Virus record (IMG/VR): IMGVR_UViG_3300013426_000002
Location: 36,818-100,817 of that record
Strand: one strand, 5' to 3'
Length of the DNA: 64,000 nucleotides
Origin: a virus
This document shows positions 49,063 through 60,066 of the stretch, piece by piece. Below the pieces are notes generated by a model that saw only the letters and a program-made list of their open reading frames with translations, was not told where the DNA came from and did not search any database. Position 1 is the first letter of the stretch. Every line of letters begins with the position of its first letter. A program made the position numbers and the translations under genes.

Positions 49063-51650
49063 TCTGTAATTATATAAAGAGTATTAGAATTTGGATTAGT
49101 TGTGCTATCGTACTGTGCTTGCGTTAATTGTTTTATAGTGTGGATTTCATCACTTGCGACCGTGTTGGGAGTAACATATGTACCAGCATCAGTGAGAAAC
49201 TTAGTGCCATCACCATTAGTATACAACACCACATTGTTAGTAACACCTTGTACAGACTTACTTGTTTTTGTTATTGTAAGCATGATAGGACTAAAGCTAA
49301 TACCTTGTTCTGAAACAGTTGAAGTTGTAATTACAATTGAAATAATTGAATTATTTACAAGTAACATCATAGGCATTGCTATCTGATTATAATATCCAAC
49401 AGAGCATTTTTTATCATAAGCATCTTGTGCAGCAGCAATAAATGCATCTGTAGTAGTACTAACTGTGTCACCGCTTTCAGTAAACAATGGAGATAAATCT
49501 AGATACGGAGCATTAGTAAGGTAACTACCTTTAGGTTGATACGTACTAGCAGCATCTGTTTTAGTTAGATAACCTGTAAGATCAACTGTTTCACTAAGTT
49601 TATCCCAAGTTGGTGTAGTGGATGTAGCAACATAATTTGCACCAGTATCTTCAAGATTATATACATCACCTATTACTACATTTGTGGTAGGTAGTGCAGC
49701 ATAATTCGCTACAGAACCTTTAACACGATATACAGATGCAACGGCTGTGTTTATTTTTGTATCTACTTGAGACTCTGTAATAATAGTAGGTTTATTCAAT
49801 ATCTGTGCATCACCTGATGTAGCATTCCAATCTGATTTAACATTTACTTGTGCCCCAGTTGCAATACCTGTCAATTTGTTTTTTTCAGCAGTAGTATAGT
49901 CATTAGTACTTAACTGTTTACCCGTAACTGCATCTACCTTCTTTGCTAATTCTGCGTTGACATATGTAGTATCGGCTTTACCAGATATTTGACCAACAAC
50001 ATCTACAGAAGCTACAGTATCATCTACATATTTCTTTGTAGCTGGATGATATTCTTTTGTAGGTGTAAAAGACATAGTATTAGTCTTTGCAATATAAAAC
50101 GAATTGTGATCGTGAGTTTTTATAGTACCTGTAAGAACAGCTTCTACATTAGCTTTAGTTACATTTGCATCACTCCCGGGATCTCCTTTATCACCTTTCT
50201 CTCCCTGATCTCCTTTAGGACCCTGTGCCCCAGTACTTCCTGTTTCACCCTTAGGTCCTTGAGCACCAGTTTCACCTTTAGGACCAGCAGGACCTTGTTC
50301 TCCCTGTGGACCTTTAATGCTACCTACATTACTCCATTTAGGATTAGTTGTTACATTACCATTCTCACCAACATATACATACAGATTACCGGAAATCAAA
50401 TAAGCATCCCCTTCTGTTCCCGTAGATGGTAATTCTGACTCAGCAGACAATTCTCCTTTGATGTTTACTCCAGATCCATTATCTCCTTTGTCACCCTTGT
50501 CACCTTTAGTTCCTTTGGGTATACCAAAGTTAAATACAGCAGCATTAGATGTACCAGAGTTTGTTATTGTTACAGATGATGTAGGATCTAAGGTAGTAAC
50601 AGTACCCAAAGTAATAGTAGCAGCAGTGCCTGGATCACCTTTAGCCCCAGTTTCTCCTTTTGCTCCTTGACTACCAGTATCACCTTTTTCACCTTTGTCG
50701 CCTTTTACACCCTGAACACCTTGGTCTCCCTTATCGCCTTTCTCACCTTGAACACCTTGGATACCTTGAATACCTTGTGAACCTGTAGCTCCTTTATCCC
50801 CCTTATCTCCTTTTTCTCCTTTTAATGAAGTTAACCATGCATTTTCATCTCCTTCAAAGCCATGTTGAACAGCAACCTGATATGCAGATAAACCTTGGAT
50901 ACCTTGAGCACCAGAAAGATCTGATATAAACTTCCACTCACTATCACCTTTTAAATACAAACGAGAGTCTTCTTCATCCTGTACATTGCCAGTGTCTATC
51001 ATTACAAATTGTCCCACACTAACTTCAGGATCATTGTAATTAAGTTTCATATTAGCAACAGAAGGATATGTTTTAACTATAGTAAAAGCATCACCAACGG
51101 CTTTAATACCCGTATCGGTATATACTTTCTTATTATAATCATAAAATCTCCAAGTACCATTAACAATCATAGGTGGATTTTCTACCATTTCTGTAGCTTG
51201 AGTTAAAGCTTTATTAGCATCATCTACTGCATTTATAGCAGAGATAATTTGATTGCTAAAGTCTTCTTCAGAACCTTCAAACCCATTATCTACAGCATAA
51301 TCGTATGCAGTCTTACCGTAAGCTTGTGCTTTGCTGTCTATGTACTCATTAGAAATACTATCGAAAACATACCAGTTGCCATTCTCACCTATGTATGGAT
51401 TCTTACCAGTTGCTTCTATACCGGTATCACGATTGTCTACCCACCAGTTACCATTAGATCCAATCTTTGGAGCTACTGCATCTTCACTAGTAGTCTCTGT
51501 TAATTTAACCCATGACTTAATATCTGGATTAAATACTTTAATTACCTTACCTTTTGAATTTGCTCCCAAGTCTATCCAGTACCCAACCTCATTGGAGTTA
51601 GGTACTGTGTAGCTTGCAAAGAATTCATAATATACATTATTCTTTATCAT
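49059..51650 (-). CDS. Collagen-like tail fibre (863 aa)
   Basis: Long uninterrupted G-X-Y tracts ([34 protein letters not shown]... and [46 protein letters not shown]). Confidence 0.8.
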   Translation of the reverse strand: MIKNNVYYEFFASYTVPNSNEVGYWIDLGANSKGKVIKVFNPDIKSWVKLTETTSEDAVAPKIGSNGNWWVDNRDTGIEATGKNPYIGENGNWYVFDSISNEYIDSKAQAYGKTAYDYAVDNGFEGSEEDFSNQIISAINAVDDANKALTQATEMVENPPMIVNGTWRFYDYNKKVYTDTGIKAVGDAFTIVKTYPSVANMKLNYNDPEVSVGQFVMIDTGNVQDEEDSRLYLKGDSEWKFISDLSGAQGIQGLSAYQVAVQHGFEGDENAWLTSLKGEKGDKGDKGATGSQGIQGIQGVQGEKGDKGDQGVQGVKGDKGEKGDTGSQGAKGETGAKGDPGTAATITLGTVTTLDPTSSVTITNSGTSNAAVFNFGIPKGTKGDKGDKGDNGSGVNIKGELSAESELPSTGTEGDAYLISGNLYVYVGENGNVTTNPKWSNVGSIKGPQGEQGPAGPKGETGAQGPKGETGSTGAQGPKGDQGEKGDKGDPGSDANVTKANVEAVLTGTIKTHDHNSFYIAKTNTMSFTPTKEYHPATKKYVDDTVASVDVVGQISGKADTTYVNAELAKKVDAVTGKQLSTNDYTTAEKNKLTGIATGAQVNVKSDWNATSGDAQILNKPTIITESQVDTKINTAVASVYRVKGSVANYAALPTTNVVIGDVYNLEDTGANYVATSTTPTWDKLSETVDLTGYLTKTDAASTYQPKGSYLTNAPYLDLSPLFTESGDTVSTTTDAFIAAAQDAYDKKCSVGYYNQIAMPMMLLVNNSIISIVITTSTVSEQGISFSPIMLTITKTSKSVQGVTNNVVLYTNGDGTKFLTDAGTYVTPNTVASDEIHTIKQLTQAQYDSTTNPNSNTLYIITE
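50175..50312 (-). repeat. Collagen G-X-Y tract 2 (about 46 residues)
   Basis: Residues 447-492 of the 863-aa protein, with Gly at every third position. Confidence 0.85.
50628..50819 (-). repeat. Collagen G-X-Y tract 1 (about 64 residues)
   Basis: Residues 278-341 of the 863-aa protein. A further short tract lies at about 50475-50513. Confidence 0.85.
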
Positions 51651-51651
51651 A

Positions 51652-52056
51652 CTATTCTGTAATATAAGGATTTGCTTCTTCTATTTCTAACACGGCTTGT
51701 TTCCAATCTTGATACGCTTTCGCAGCTGCTGTTTCGTCACCAAATTCTTTATATTTCACGTAAGCCATATAAAGTTTATCAGATTTGGATACATATTTAT
51801 CTTCTCTTACTTTTTTTATACGGTTGTTGATTAAATCAAGATTTGGTGTGCGCAGATTGTATATTGCCATTGGATCATCCACAACGTAGTCTGCGTACTT
51901 TAGATAAAATGCACTTTGTTCTTCATTTAACAAAAACATTTTATCATCATCTGTAAGTTCATCTACAGATGTTACAATTTTGTCGGCTAAGTAATTATAA
52001 AGAAAATCTTTATTTATTGCTCCTGCACTATTTCTAGTTATATAATAAACTTCCAT
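51652..52056 (-). CDS. Hypothetical protein between the two fibre genes (134 aa; possible fibre chaperone)
   Basis: The ATG at 52056 lies 4 nt after the upstream stop. The function is a position-based guess only. Confidence 0.4.
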   Translation of the reverse strand: MEVYYITRNSAGAINKDFLYNYLADKIVTSVDELTDDDKMFLLNEEQSAFYLKYADYVVDDPMAIYNLRTPNLDLINNRIKKVREDKYVSKSDKLYMAYVKYKEFGDETAAAKAYQDWKQAVLEIEEANPYITE

Positions 52057-52060
52057 AATT

Positions 52061-55000
52061 TTAATAAGAGAAAATATAAACAATAAATTTATCTACATCA
52101 TGCGCATTGCCGTCTGTATCAAACCACATTACATCAAATTTTCCAGAGCTTAAGAATCCTATTTGGCAATTACCTCGGAACGCACTACTAACAGTAGTAG
52201 TACTATTATAAATTTGACATACTGGCGCATAAACTGTAGACGCTGGTGTAAAGTTGACAGTATATCTTCCTGTAGCTGCTTTAGAAACAGTTGCTGTAAA
52301 TCCTTTGGTTCTAAAGAAATATGCAGCAATTGGGGAGGGGTTTGTATTTACCATAATGGCTGCTTTAAGACCAGGAATTGAAAAGTTATCAGCTGTGATA
52401 TCAGATGCAACCAAAGAAGTACAAGTCACATCCCCTGTAAATTTACCATTAGTAGCAACCATGCTCCCATTATCATATACTCTAAATGGAGCATTTGTTC
52501 GATTACCATGATTTGTACCTGCCCAAATTCTAACAGAATTTGTTGCTGTTCCAATCCCTGTTAAACCAGCTCTAGACGAGTAAGTACCATCACCAACGGT
52601 AATAATACCATCTGCCCAAAGTTTTAAAGGAGCGTTGCCATTAATAATCTTATTACCATCATCATCGGTTGTTGCACCTTTATTTTCACCAGTACCGGCA
52701 GCTAAAAACGGAGACAGTCCGTCTGTTGCAGGATAGAAACAAACAACGTCATTTGTGGATCTAAAATAACTACTAGTAGCAGGACTAAAACGCCAACCAC
52801 CTATTGTAGCTTCTTCAGCAAACAATACACCTGTGGCGATATTCTCAAATGAATTCAGTTGTTTCCATTTAGAAGCTGACCAAGTACCAGTGATCGTAGA
52901 AGTATTTGCCATATAATATACCTTATTATAGGTAACTACATCCACTAAATCAGATGTTTTATAATAAGTTTTACTTTTATCATACTCGCCTCTAAAGTTT
53001 AAACCAGGACCCGTATCTCCTTTTGGTCCAGTGCTACCCGGATTTCCTTGTTCTCCTTGTGGACCCTGTGCCCCTTGTTCTCCATCTTTACCTGATATTT
53101 TTGTTGGTAACGTCCACTGTTCGCCAGATTTTAGCTTACCTGTTTTTCCATCAAACAATGCAGTACTTTTCCATATAGAATATCCACTTGCCGATGGTGC
53201 GTCTATATACCAATAATTACCATAACTATAAGTTCCACTAGAAGTTGGTCTTGATGTCATATATGGTCTTGTTGGTTGACTCTCGTTTGATCTACAGTAA
53301 GCAGATATTTCATAATCTCCAGGAACACCACCCTTAGCTTTAGTGATAGTGAAGTCGCAAACATCTACCACAGTACCAGATGCTGATGCTGGTACGTGAA
53401 ACTCAATTTTAAATATCGTACTATCAAAACTTGTACCGAGTCTTGCTACAGTAAGCTTGTTATTAGTGGCATCTTCTGTTAATTGGTTTTGTGAATTATC
53501 ATCAACGTTGGTGTATGTAATAGAATATTCATTACTTTCTAATTTACGAGTACCTTGATACAAATAATAGTTTGTAGAAGCTTTCGCTAACTCTGAACTC
53601 TCCACTTCACCCAAATAATTTGCAGCAACTGTATGAGCTTCGTTTGACAATACAGCTCTGTAAGGACTTTCACCATCTTTACCATCATAAAGTTTATTGA
53701 TAGTAATCATATCAATGTATGTAGAGCCACCAAGTGTTGCCGTACATTCCACTTTAAATGTAACTTCTTTAACATTGTTACTAAAGTACGTACCATTAGG
53801 AGATACGACAAGTTCTTCAGTTATTTCGTTTTCAAGTAAAGTCCAAGTATCTGTTCCTACTATTTTCCAATACCAAGCGTAAGATGGAGAAGGCATACCA
53901 TAGGCAGTAGCATACAATGTTATTTGAGAAGGATTTACAGTTCCTTCTGTATCGTATTTAAATACCTGTTCTCCTGTTACTAATACATAACAAGCATCTA
54001 TACCATCAAAACCATTCTCGCCATTTTGTACTTTGTTTATCCACAAGTCTTTAGTAAAAGACAAAGAACCTACATTGATTGTTAATCTTATTCTTGCCGA
54101 TGGTGAACCCAATGTTGCCAAAGTAACCTTATCTCTGTCAATGGTTACTGTTGCTGTGCCTTCTACTGTTTCTGCAGTAATACTATCAATATATAAAGGA
54201 TTGGTACCGTGATATGCGTATACATATGTGTAGATATTCGTAATAGTTATCTGAGGATTATTACCTGAAGCATCATAAGGTATAGTCATGTTACCATTAC
54301 TTAGGTCGATGTAATAAGCATCTTCCCCTGTAGCACCATCACCTAATTTGGCGATTTGTGTTTCATCATAAAAGGTTTCATCACCACTTGTAACTGTGCA
54401 ACGAACCATAAAATTACGCAGATCACCGAACATGTCAGGTCTAACTTCAAGTGTTTGGAAAGTACCAATGGTTTCGTTAGTATTTTTATTAGTCCATATG
54501 AAAACAGGATCTTCTATATTATAAGCATTACAATATAACGTTATGACAGACGGTGTTGGTGTTCCTTCAAAATTGGGATTATCGTATAAAAACAGTCTTT
54601 CACCAGTAATCTCTACCCATTTTGCAGTATCAGAACCAGCTGTACCTTTCTCTCCCTTTTCTACTTGTAGCAGCCACTCATCATTATCTTTACTCGGGAT
54701 ACTTGTGGTTTCAGTGGCAATACACAACCATAGAGAACCATCATACGATACTCTATCATAATAATAATACGTATTTCCCGGCACATATTGTCCTCTATCA
54801 ACTGGTACTCTAACTATATCACCAGTTTGCGTAGTTTGCATTAACGTACCGACAAACTTGCTATTTTTACCAATAGAAGTGCGAGATTTATTTACCAAGC
54901 TAAAATCATCAATATTATCATACATGGTAATACTGGGGCCATCTGAGCCTCTTGCCGAAATCATAATGGCTGATCTACGGTCTTCATTACCAGGATATCT

Positions 55001-56230
55001 GTTACCCAATTGAATGATTTTATCCTTTGGTTCTGGTACAGAACTGCCAGGTTCACATACAGAATCTGATAATACCACGTAGTCTTCACCTACTTCAGAA
55101 ACCATACGCCAGTATCTCTTTACATTCTGCCCATCAAATATTTGACATATAGCTTGGTCACCAACTACAAATGGATTTCTAACAGTTCCATCTTGTGTGT
55201 CAAAAGTACACTTATAGTCATTGCTATCTGTAGTAGACACATCTAATATCTCTAGATCTGCAACAGATACAAGAATATCACCACCTGTAGCTTTTATTTC
55301 ATTTACAAGTAGTTCATTGACTGTCATCCTACCTCTAACAAATAAATCGTCTACTTCTAATTTCCACCTGCCATTAATGGGCCACAGACTAGCACCTTCT
55401 CCGAGGAAACCTTCTCTAAAAGTTTGTCCACCTTGTATACCTTTTAAGAACTTGATATAACCTTTTGCGGTATCATCTGTTTTCTTAGATATGTAATTTA
55501 AATCAGATCGCTTAGCAGAGTATAAGTTTCCATCAGTGGGTTGTGTGTTGTCATTACTGGTGATCATATATTTAGTATCACCACCAATACTACCTTCTAC
55601 AGATTTTATTTTGCCTTCCAATTTTGATAAAGCTTGATTCAAAGTATCTGTTGTAGCTAAATCACTAGTGTCCCCATTATAGTAATAACCAGATAATGGA
55701 AATATGGTACTAGTAGGTTGTGTATGAAAACCAGGAGCAGTACCACTACCACCGCCATTAGCTATCAATTCTGCTAAAGCTGTTACAAGGTTCTCAGTAG
55801 TAGTTAACCTATTTAAAGCATCTTGTAATTGCTGCAAAGTAGATCTATTAGCAATATCATCTATCCAACCTTGTACTGTATCATTAACTTCTGTTAAATC
55901 ACTATCGTGTTTGTTTTCAAGAGTAATGATTTTATTATTTAATATGTCATAGTAGCTAGTAATATTACTAGTAAGATTATTGGTAACATTGGTATCACCT
56001 TCTGTGATTTTGTTGGATAGATCTGTATAATTATTATCTACTTTTGTATCAAGGTTTGCTACATCTCCTTCAATGCCATCTACTCTTTCATTAGTAGCAA
56101 ATGTACCAGATAAACTAGTTTCAAAATCATCTTTATGAATTATCTTATTAGTTTTATCTTGTACAAGAGTTAGGATATCATTATCTTCAAAAGAAGTAGC
56201 AACCTCAAATTGTGATATCTTTTTATTCAT
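52061..56230 (-). CDS. Large tail fibre (1389 aa) with a short collagen tract
   Basis: The N-terminus MNKKISQFEVATSFEDNDILTLVQ is typical of phage fibre N-termini. The G-X-Y tract is GKDGEQGAQGPQGEQGNPGSTGPKGDTGPG. The remainder is beta-rich. Confidence 0.7.
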   Translation of the reverse strand: MNKKISQFEVATSFEDNDILTLVQDKTNKIIHKDDFETSLSGTFATNERVDGIEGDVANLDTKVDNNYTDLSNKITEGDTNVTNNLTSNITSYYDILNNKIITLENKHDSDLTEVNDTVQGWIDDIANRSTLQQLQDALNRLTTTENLVTALAELIANGGGSGTAPGFHTQPTSTIFPLSGYYYNGDTSDLATTDTLNQALSKLEGKIKSVEGSIGGDTKYMITSNDNTQPTDGNLYSAKRSDLNYISKKTDDTAKGYIKFLKGIQGGQTFREGFLGEGASLWPINGRWKLEVDDLFVRGRMTVNELLVNEIKATGGDILVSVADLEILDVSTTDSNDYKCTFDTQDGTVRNPFVVGDQAICQIFDGQNVKRYWRMVSEVGEDYVVLSDSVCEPGSSVPEPKDKIIQLGNRYPGNEDRRSAIMISARGSDGPSITMYDNIDDFSLVNKSRTSIGKNSKFVGTLMQTTQTGDIVRVPVDRGQYVPGNTYYYYDRVSYDGSLWLCIATETTSIPSKDNDEWLLQVEKGEKGTAGSDTAKWVEITGERLFLYDNPNFEGTPTPSVITLYCNAYNIEDPVFIWTNKNTNETIGTFQTLEVRPDMFGDLRNFMVRCTVTSGDETFYDETQIAKLGDGATGEDAYYIDLSNGNMTIPYDASGNNPQITITNIYTYVYAYHGTNPLYIDSITAETVEGTATVTIDRDKVTLATLGSPSARIRLTINVGSLSFTKDLWINKVQNGENGFDGIDACYVLVTGEQVFKYDTEGTVNPSQITLYATAYGMPSPSYAWYWKIVGTDTWTLLENEITEELVVSPNGTYFSNNVKEVTFKVECTATLGGSTYIDMITINKLYDGKDGESPYRAVLSNEAHTVAANYLGEVESSELAKASTNYYLYQGTRKLESNEYSITYTNVDDNSQNQLTEDATNNKLTVARLGTSFDSTIFKIEFHVPASASGTVVDVCDFTITKAKGGVPGDYEISAYCRSNESQPTRPYMTSRPTSSGTYSYGNYWYIDAPSASGYSIWKSTALFDGKTGKLKSGEQWTLPTKISGKDGEQGAQGPQGEQGNPGSTGPKGDTGPGLNFRGEYDKSKTYYKTSDLVDVVTYNKVYYMANTSTITGTWSASKWKQLNSFENIATGVLFAEEATIGGWRFSPATSSYFRSTNDVVCFYPATDGLSPFLAAGTGENKGATTDDDGNKIINGNAPLKLWADGIITVGDGTYSSRAGLTGIGTATNSVRIWAGTNHGNRTNAPFRVYDNGSMVATNGKFTGDVTCTSLVASDITADNFSIPGLKAAIMVNTNPSPIAAYFFRTKGFTATVSKAATGRYTVNFTPASTVYAPVCQIYNSTTTVSSAFRGNCQIGFLSSGKFDVMWFDTDGNAHDVDKFIVYIFSY
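53004..53092 (-). repeat. Collagen G-X-Y tract in the 1389-aa fibre
   Basis: About 30 residues with Gly at every third position. Confidence 0.8.
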
Positions 56231-56231
56231 A

Positions 56232-56531
56232 TTACTCTTGAATTATATGTTCTTCTACTTCTGTTAATATGCAATCTTCGTCAATATCTTTGTCTGGATA
56301 AAAATTAATCTGCTTTTTCAAACAGTTGATGTATTCTATGATTTTATCTACATCATCCTGAGTAATAGGAAATTCTTCATCGCCTATTTTAGTAGTTGCC
56401 CATTTTGATAACTTATCCAGATGTAATAATAATATTAAATTGGTAATAGAAGTTCTATCTAAATCCACATTGTACTTAGTAGACTGATTAACCAGTTCAC
56501 CAACTTTATTTACATAATTCGCAATATCCAT
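56232..56531 (-). CDS. Hypothetical protein (99 aa)
   Basis: ORF in the operon. Confidence 0.4.
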   Translation of the reverse strand: MDIANYVNKVGELVNQSTKYNVDLDRTSITNLILLLHLDKLSKWATTKIGDEEFPITQDDVDKIIEYINCLKKQINFYPDKDIDEDCILTEVEEHIIQE

Positions 56532-56775
56532 CTTTACAGGTTTTACAGTCGTTAATAGTACAATTACATGTTCTTAAATCAAGTAAATTGAGCATTTCTT
56601 TATAGTATCTATCTGCATCTTCTGTAAGATTCAATGCAGTAGCATCTTCATATAAAGTTTTCTTGAATAAGAACATCATGATTTTATCTTTCATTTTATT
56701 ATCCAAGCAATTGTGACAATACCTGGTAAGCAATTTGATTTCTGCATAGTACAGAGATTCATTAATTTCATTCAT
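56506..56775 (-). CDS. Small Cys-rich (zinc-binding-like) protein (89 aa)
   Basis: CHNC ... CNC ... CKTCKDGYCELCK. Confidence 0.45.
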   Translation of the reverse strand: MNEINESLYYAEIKLLTRYCHNCLDNKMKDKIMMFLFKKTLYEDATALNLTEDADRYYKEMLNLLDLRTCNCTINDCKTCKDGYCELCK

Positions 56776-56796
56776 ATCAATCGTATATAAAAAGAA

Positions 56797-56827
56797 AAGG
56801 GATTAGGGATAACTTCCCCAATCCCTT
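56797..56827 (-). terminator. Strong intrinsic terminator after the 330-aa structural gene
   Basis: The stem AAGGGATT/AATCCCTT has an inner GGGA/TCCC pairing and is followed on the minus strand by TTTTCTTTTTAT. Confidence 0.7.
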
Positions 56828-56850
56828 AACTATGGTTAATATTGCTTTAA

Positions 56851-57843
56851 TTATGCTGTTACGTCTGTTCCAGCGATAAAGGATTTAATCATATTCAAGA
56901 ACAAAGCATTCGTAGTAATCTGATTTTTAACTACATAAATTTCAGTTGCTAACGGAGTGGTCTTGATATACTGATTATCATCAGACAAATATTTGTTATT
57001 CCATTCCATAGTGATAGTATCATATTCTGCAGTCAAGTCAGATCTGAATTCCGGAGCAACGTACGGATAAATACCGTTAGCTCTATGTGTGATACCTCTG
57101 TAACCCATTGCAGCATTTTCACGATCACGTACAATATACGCATTACCTTTGCCCGGTGTGCCCTGAGTTTTAGCAATTGTCAGATTTGCAATCGGATACA
57201 TTGCATTACTTAACAAACCAGAAGGAATTGTAGTCCACATAAATGCTTCTACAGATACCTGAGTATAACCATAATCCAACGTAATACCCTTATTGTAGGG
57301 AATCTCTTTAGCGGTCAAAGTTAAAACAGCAGCAGAAACAGTAGCCGTAACTCTAGCTTCCTGATGTTTGTTAATTTTCTTTGCAAAAGCACTCATCAAA
57401 TCTGCAGGAGCTGTGGTCTTTGCAATAACTTCATAAGTATGAGTAAACTGACCCGGAGCTTCATAAATATCATTATAAACTAAACGAAGTACATAACGAT
57501 GACCAACTTCCGGAGTAACAGAAGTTGCAGTAATAACGATCGTATCTTCAGATTTTGCTGCAAAACTAGTAACTACCAGTGTAGGATTAGAACCTTTCTG
57601 AATCTCTTTAGAGAATCTGATAATAGATTTAGTACTTTTCGTACCTGCCTGATTATAAACATCTTCTTTACCTTCGCAAACACCTACGTAAATAGATTTT
57701 GCAGAAGCTGCAGCAGCAGCACTAGTTAAGATCTGTCTATTTTCATTAAAAAGAGCAATAGCTCCATCTGCCAAAGCATCAGCTGTGGTAAATGTAGCCG
57801 GTGCAGTTTTAGCAATCAATACAGTATTGACTTTCTGTAACAT
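56851..57843 (-). CDS. Abundant virion structural protein (330 aa; exact role unknown)
   Basis: Ala/Thr-rich beta-type composition, its own upstream intergenic region, and a strong terminator directly downstream all suggest a highly expressed major structural component. Confidence 0.45.
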   Translation of the reverse strand: MLQKVNTVLIAKTAPATFTTADALADGAIALFNENRQILTSAAAAASAKSIYVGVCEGKEDVYNQAGTKSTKSIIRFSKEIQKGSNPTLVVTSFAAKSEDTIVITATSVTPEVGHRYVLRLVYNDIYEAPGQFTHTYEVIAKTTAPADLMSAFAKKINKHQEARVTATVSAAVLTLTAKEIPYNKGITLDYGYTQVSVEAFMWTTIPSGLLSNAMYPIANLTIAKTQGTPGKGNAYIVRDRENAAMGYRGITHRANGIYPYVAPEFRSDLTAEYDTITMEWNNKYLSDDNQYIKTTPLATEIYVVKNQITTNALFLNMIKSFIAGTDVTA

Positions 57844-57946
57844 AATTCAATAATTTTTAAACGTTAACAAAATTTTGGTTAAGCGTTTAGTTCAACTGGT
57901 TTAGTCTTCTACTTTCCATGTTTCAGATTTCCGCGTAAACTAAACT

Positions 57947-58648
57947 TTATTCCATCGTATTTACCTCGTTTACATACGATTGATATCTTGGATTAGCCTT
58001 ATTTTCTAAGTATAATTCAGCCGCTAGTTTTACAATCTCCTGGTGTGTAGATACAGGCATATCTGTATATTCATCAAAAGGAGCTGTGGTTAGGCTAATC
58101 CGTTTGGGGGTCCTCAAATAAGTGAGGATGTAATTCTTTATATTATAATTCCCATCTGTGTACAAGTGTATCTCATTACCTTGATACAATCTTAAAGGTC
58201 TTGCAGAGTTACCATGTAATCTGTATTCTGATAACGTATTTTGTCTTTGTCTATCAAAATTTTCAATAGTAGCTTCTAGTACATCTGTGTGTTTAGTCCT
58301 AGGCTGACCATTTGGTCCTTTGGGCCAACAGTTATCATTACTGTAGATTACTGCGGTTTCTCCTAAAGTAAACATGTAATCAGTAGGTAATGTGACTATT
58401 TGTTCTTCTGGGAATGTTGTAAACTGATATGTTTTGTTTGTTACAAGAGTACGAAGATCATCAATTCTTTTCTGATCCTGCTCAAATGCAGTACGCTTGT
58501 AATTGATACCAGAATATCTAGTTTTAATAAATTTGTCCAAACCAGCCATTAACCAATATTCAATATCTGCTGTAACTGGTTTCTCAATATTATTATCAAG
58601 TAAACCTATTTCGGTTTCAAATGCAGTTTGTAATTCAATAAATTTCAT
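57947..58648 (-). CDS. Head/neck-type structural protein, paralog 3 of 3 (233 aa)
   Basis: Shares with its two upstream neighbours the N-terminal ...(I/L)EYWL... region and the C-terminal LTYLRTPKRI...MPVSTHQEIVKLAAELYLEN block. Confidence 0.5.
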   Translation of the reverse strand: MKFIELQTAFETEIGLLDNNIEKPVTADIEYWLMAGLDKFIKTRYSGINYKRTAFEQDQKRIDDLRTLVTNKTYQFTTFPEEQIVTLPTDYMFTLGETAVIYSNDNCWPKGPNGQPRTKHTDVLEATIENFDRQRQNTLSEYRLHGNSARPLRLYQGNEIHLYTDGNYNIKNYILTYLRTPKRISLTTAPFDEYTDMPVSTHQEIVKLAAELYLENKANPRYQSYVNEVNTME

Positions 58649-58650
58649 GA

Positions 58651-59355
58651 TTATTCGTTATTACTTTGGTTAGATGGTTTGGTTTGTAATCTATATTTTC
58701 CTTCAGTGATAAACATATTAACAGCCAAGTCAACAATTTCACTGTGTATAGATTCAGGTAATTCACATTTTGAAGCACCTGTGGTAGTGTTAAATCTTAA
58801 TGGTTTTCTATAGTAAGTAAGAACTACACCATTTAAAGTGGTATATGCATCTGTTACTACTTCCATATACATGTATTTAGTAATTGGATCAGATACTAAT
58901 GCTACTGCGGGTTGTCTTACAATTGGTGTATTGTAAGCAGTTTTCATAAACTTAGGTAGATCTCTATACTTTACTAATTGATTATCTACTTTAGTTTCAG
59001 TAGTGTACTGTTTATAAGTACCTTTCACTTTACTTAATGAATGAACATATAAGAAATATTCATCTGTAGTAGAATAAGGTAATCTATATCTTGCAACACC
59101 ATTTGATGTAACACCACTTTGCGTAAGTTCTTTTTCGACTAATAAACTTTTGATAGAATCTGTATTTCTAGTCTGTGTATTAGTTTCAACTTCCATTTGG
59201 TCATCACCTACATAGTTCATCATCACATAGCGATCTTGCGCTTCATTCAATATAGAAAATATAAGATCTGAATTGGGTTTCTGTTCTATAGTAAGAGTAG
59301 GATCTATTAACTGTAACCTACGCTCAAATTCCATTTGACATTCCTTGCTACTCAT
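58651..59355 (-). CDS. Head/neck-type structural protein, paralog 2 of 3 (234 aa)
   Basis: The C-terminal LTYYRKPLRF...LPESIHSEIVDLAVNMFI block is homologous to the neighbours. Confidence 0.5.
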   Translation of the reverse strand: MSSKECQMEFERRLQLIDPTLTIEQKPNSDLIFSILNEAQDRYVMMNYVGDDQMEVETNTQTRNTDSIKSLLVEKELTQSGVTSNGVARYRLPYSTTDEYFLYVHSLSKVKGTYKQYTTETKVDNQLVKYRDLPKFMKTAYNTPIVRQPAVALVSDPITKYMYMEVVTDAYTTLNGVVLTYYRKPLRFNTTTGASKCELPESIHSEIVDLAVNMFITEGKYRLQTKPSNQSNNE

Positions 59356-59356
59356 A

Positions 59357-60064
59357 TTATTCTGCTAATTGTGCCACATGTTGTGGATGTGATTGAACTC
59401 TTGGTGATTCTACATTTTCTAATGCCATATCAGCAGCTAATTTAACTACTTCGTATTGCATATATTCAGGTATTTCATCCATACCTGAAGTAATATCCTG
59501 ATTATTTAATCTTTTAGGATATGCAAGATAAGTTAAGTCGATAGTATAGGGACCAGTCATAAGATCCCTATCCACGAACACTATCAACTTATTATCTTCT
59601 AATATTGCAACAGGTTCTTCTATCCAAGGTTTGTTATTGTAGGTCTCCAAAAACCTCATTGCATTTTCATGACTTATTAGTTTTACATTAGCAAGTTTAC
59701 TACCAAAATGCAGAGTACCTTGAATAAAGTACATTCTCTTATCCTGAGAATCACTCCCATAAGTAATAGTAGATTTAAAATCATTAAGTGTTAACTTATT
59801 GTTTGTAGTCTCGCTTAATAATGTTAATCCTTTATCCGTTTTAACTAAACCTTCGAGATCTGCTACACGTTTGACATTGCCTTCAAAAGGCATTCTAATG
59901 GTATTATTACCTGTGAATTTAGTAGCTATCTTACTCAAGTATGCAGTATATAACCAATAATCTATTTCTTCAGGTAAGAAAGAAGGACAACCAGACATAC
60001 CAATATTAACGGCATTTTTATCTGCTTCCACTTTAAATGCTATATGTAATTCACCAATGTTCAT
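59357..60064 (-). CDS. Head/neck-type structural protein, paralog 1 of 3 (235 aa)
   Basis: The C-terminal LTYLAYPKRL...IPEYMQYEVVKLAADMALEN block is homologous to the neighbours. Confidence 0.5.
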   Translation of the reverse strand: MNIGELHIAFKVEADKNAVNIGMSGCPSFLPEEIDYWLYTAYLSKIATKFTGNNTIRMPFEGNVKRVADLEGLVKTDKGLTLLSETTNNKLTLNDFKSTITYGSDSQDKRMYFIQGTLHFGSKLANVKLISHENAMRFLETYNNKPWIEEPVAILEDNKLIVFVDRDLMTGPYTIDLTYLAYPKRLNNQDITSGMDEIPEYMQYEVVKLAADMALENVESPRVQSHPQHVAQLAE

Positions 60065-60066
60065 AT

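Noticed and set aside
9880-55460. Numerous 60-147-aa ORFs on the + strand inside the large minus-strand genes (for example 9880..10068, 12830..13114, 24498..24827, 25272..25652, 49989..50432, 55221..55460), plus 2673..2888, 7088..7288, 16400..16618, 45769..45954 and 48792..48977.
   Set aside because: All lie entirely within much longer, motif-bearing ORFs. They have low-complexity or antisense-shadow compositions. Several are mirror images of collagen or acidic tracts.
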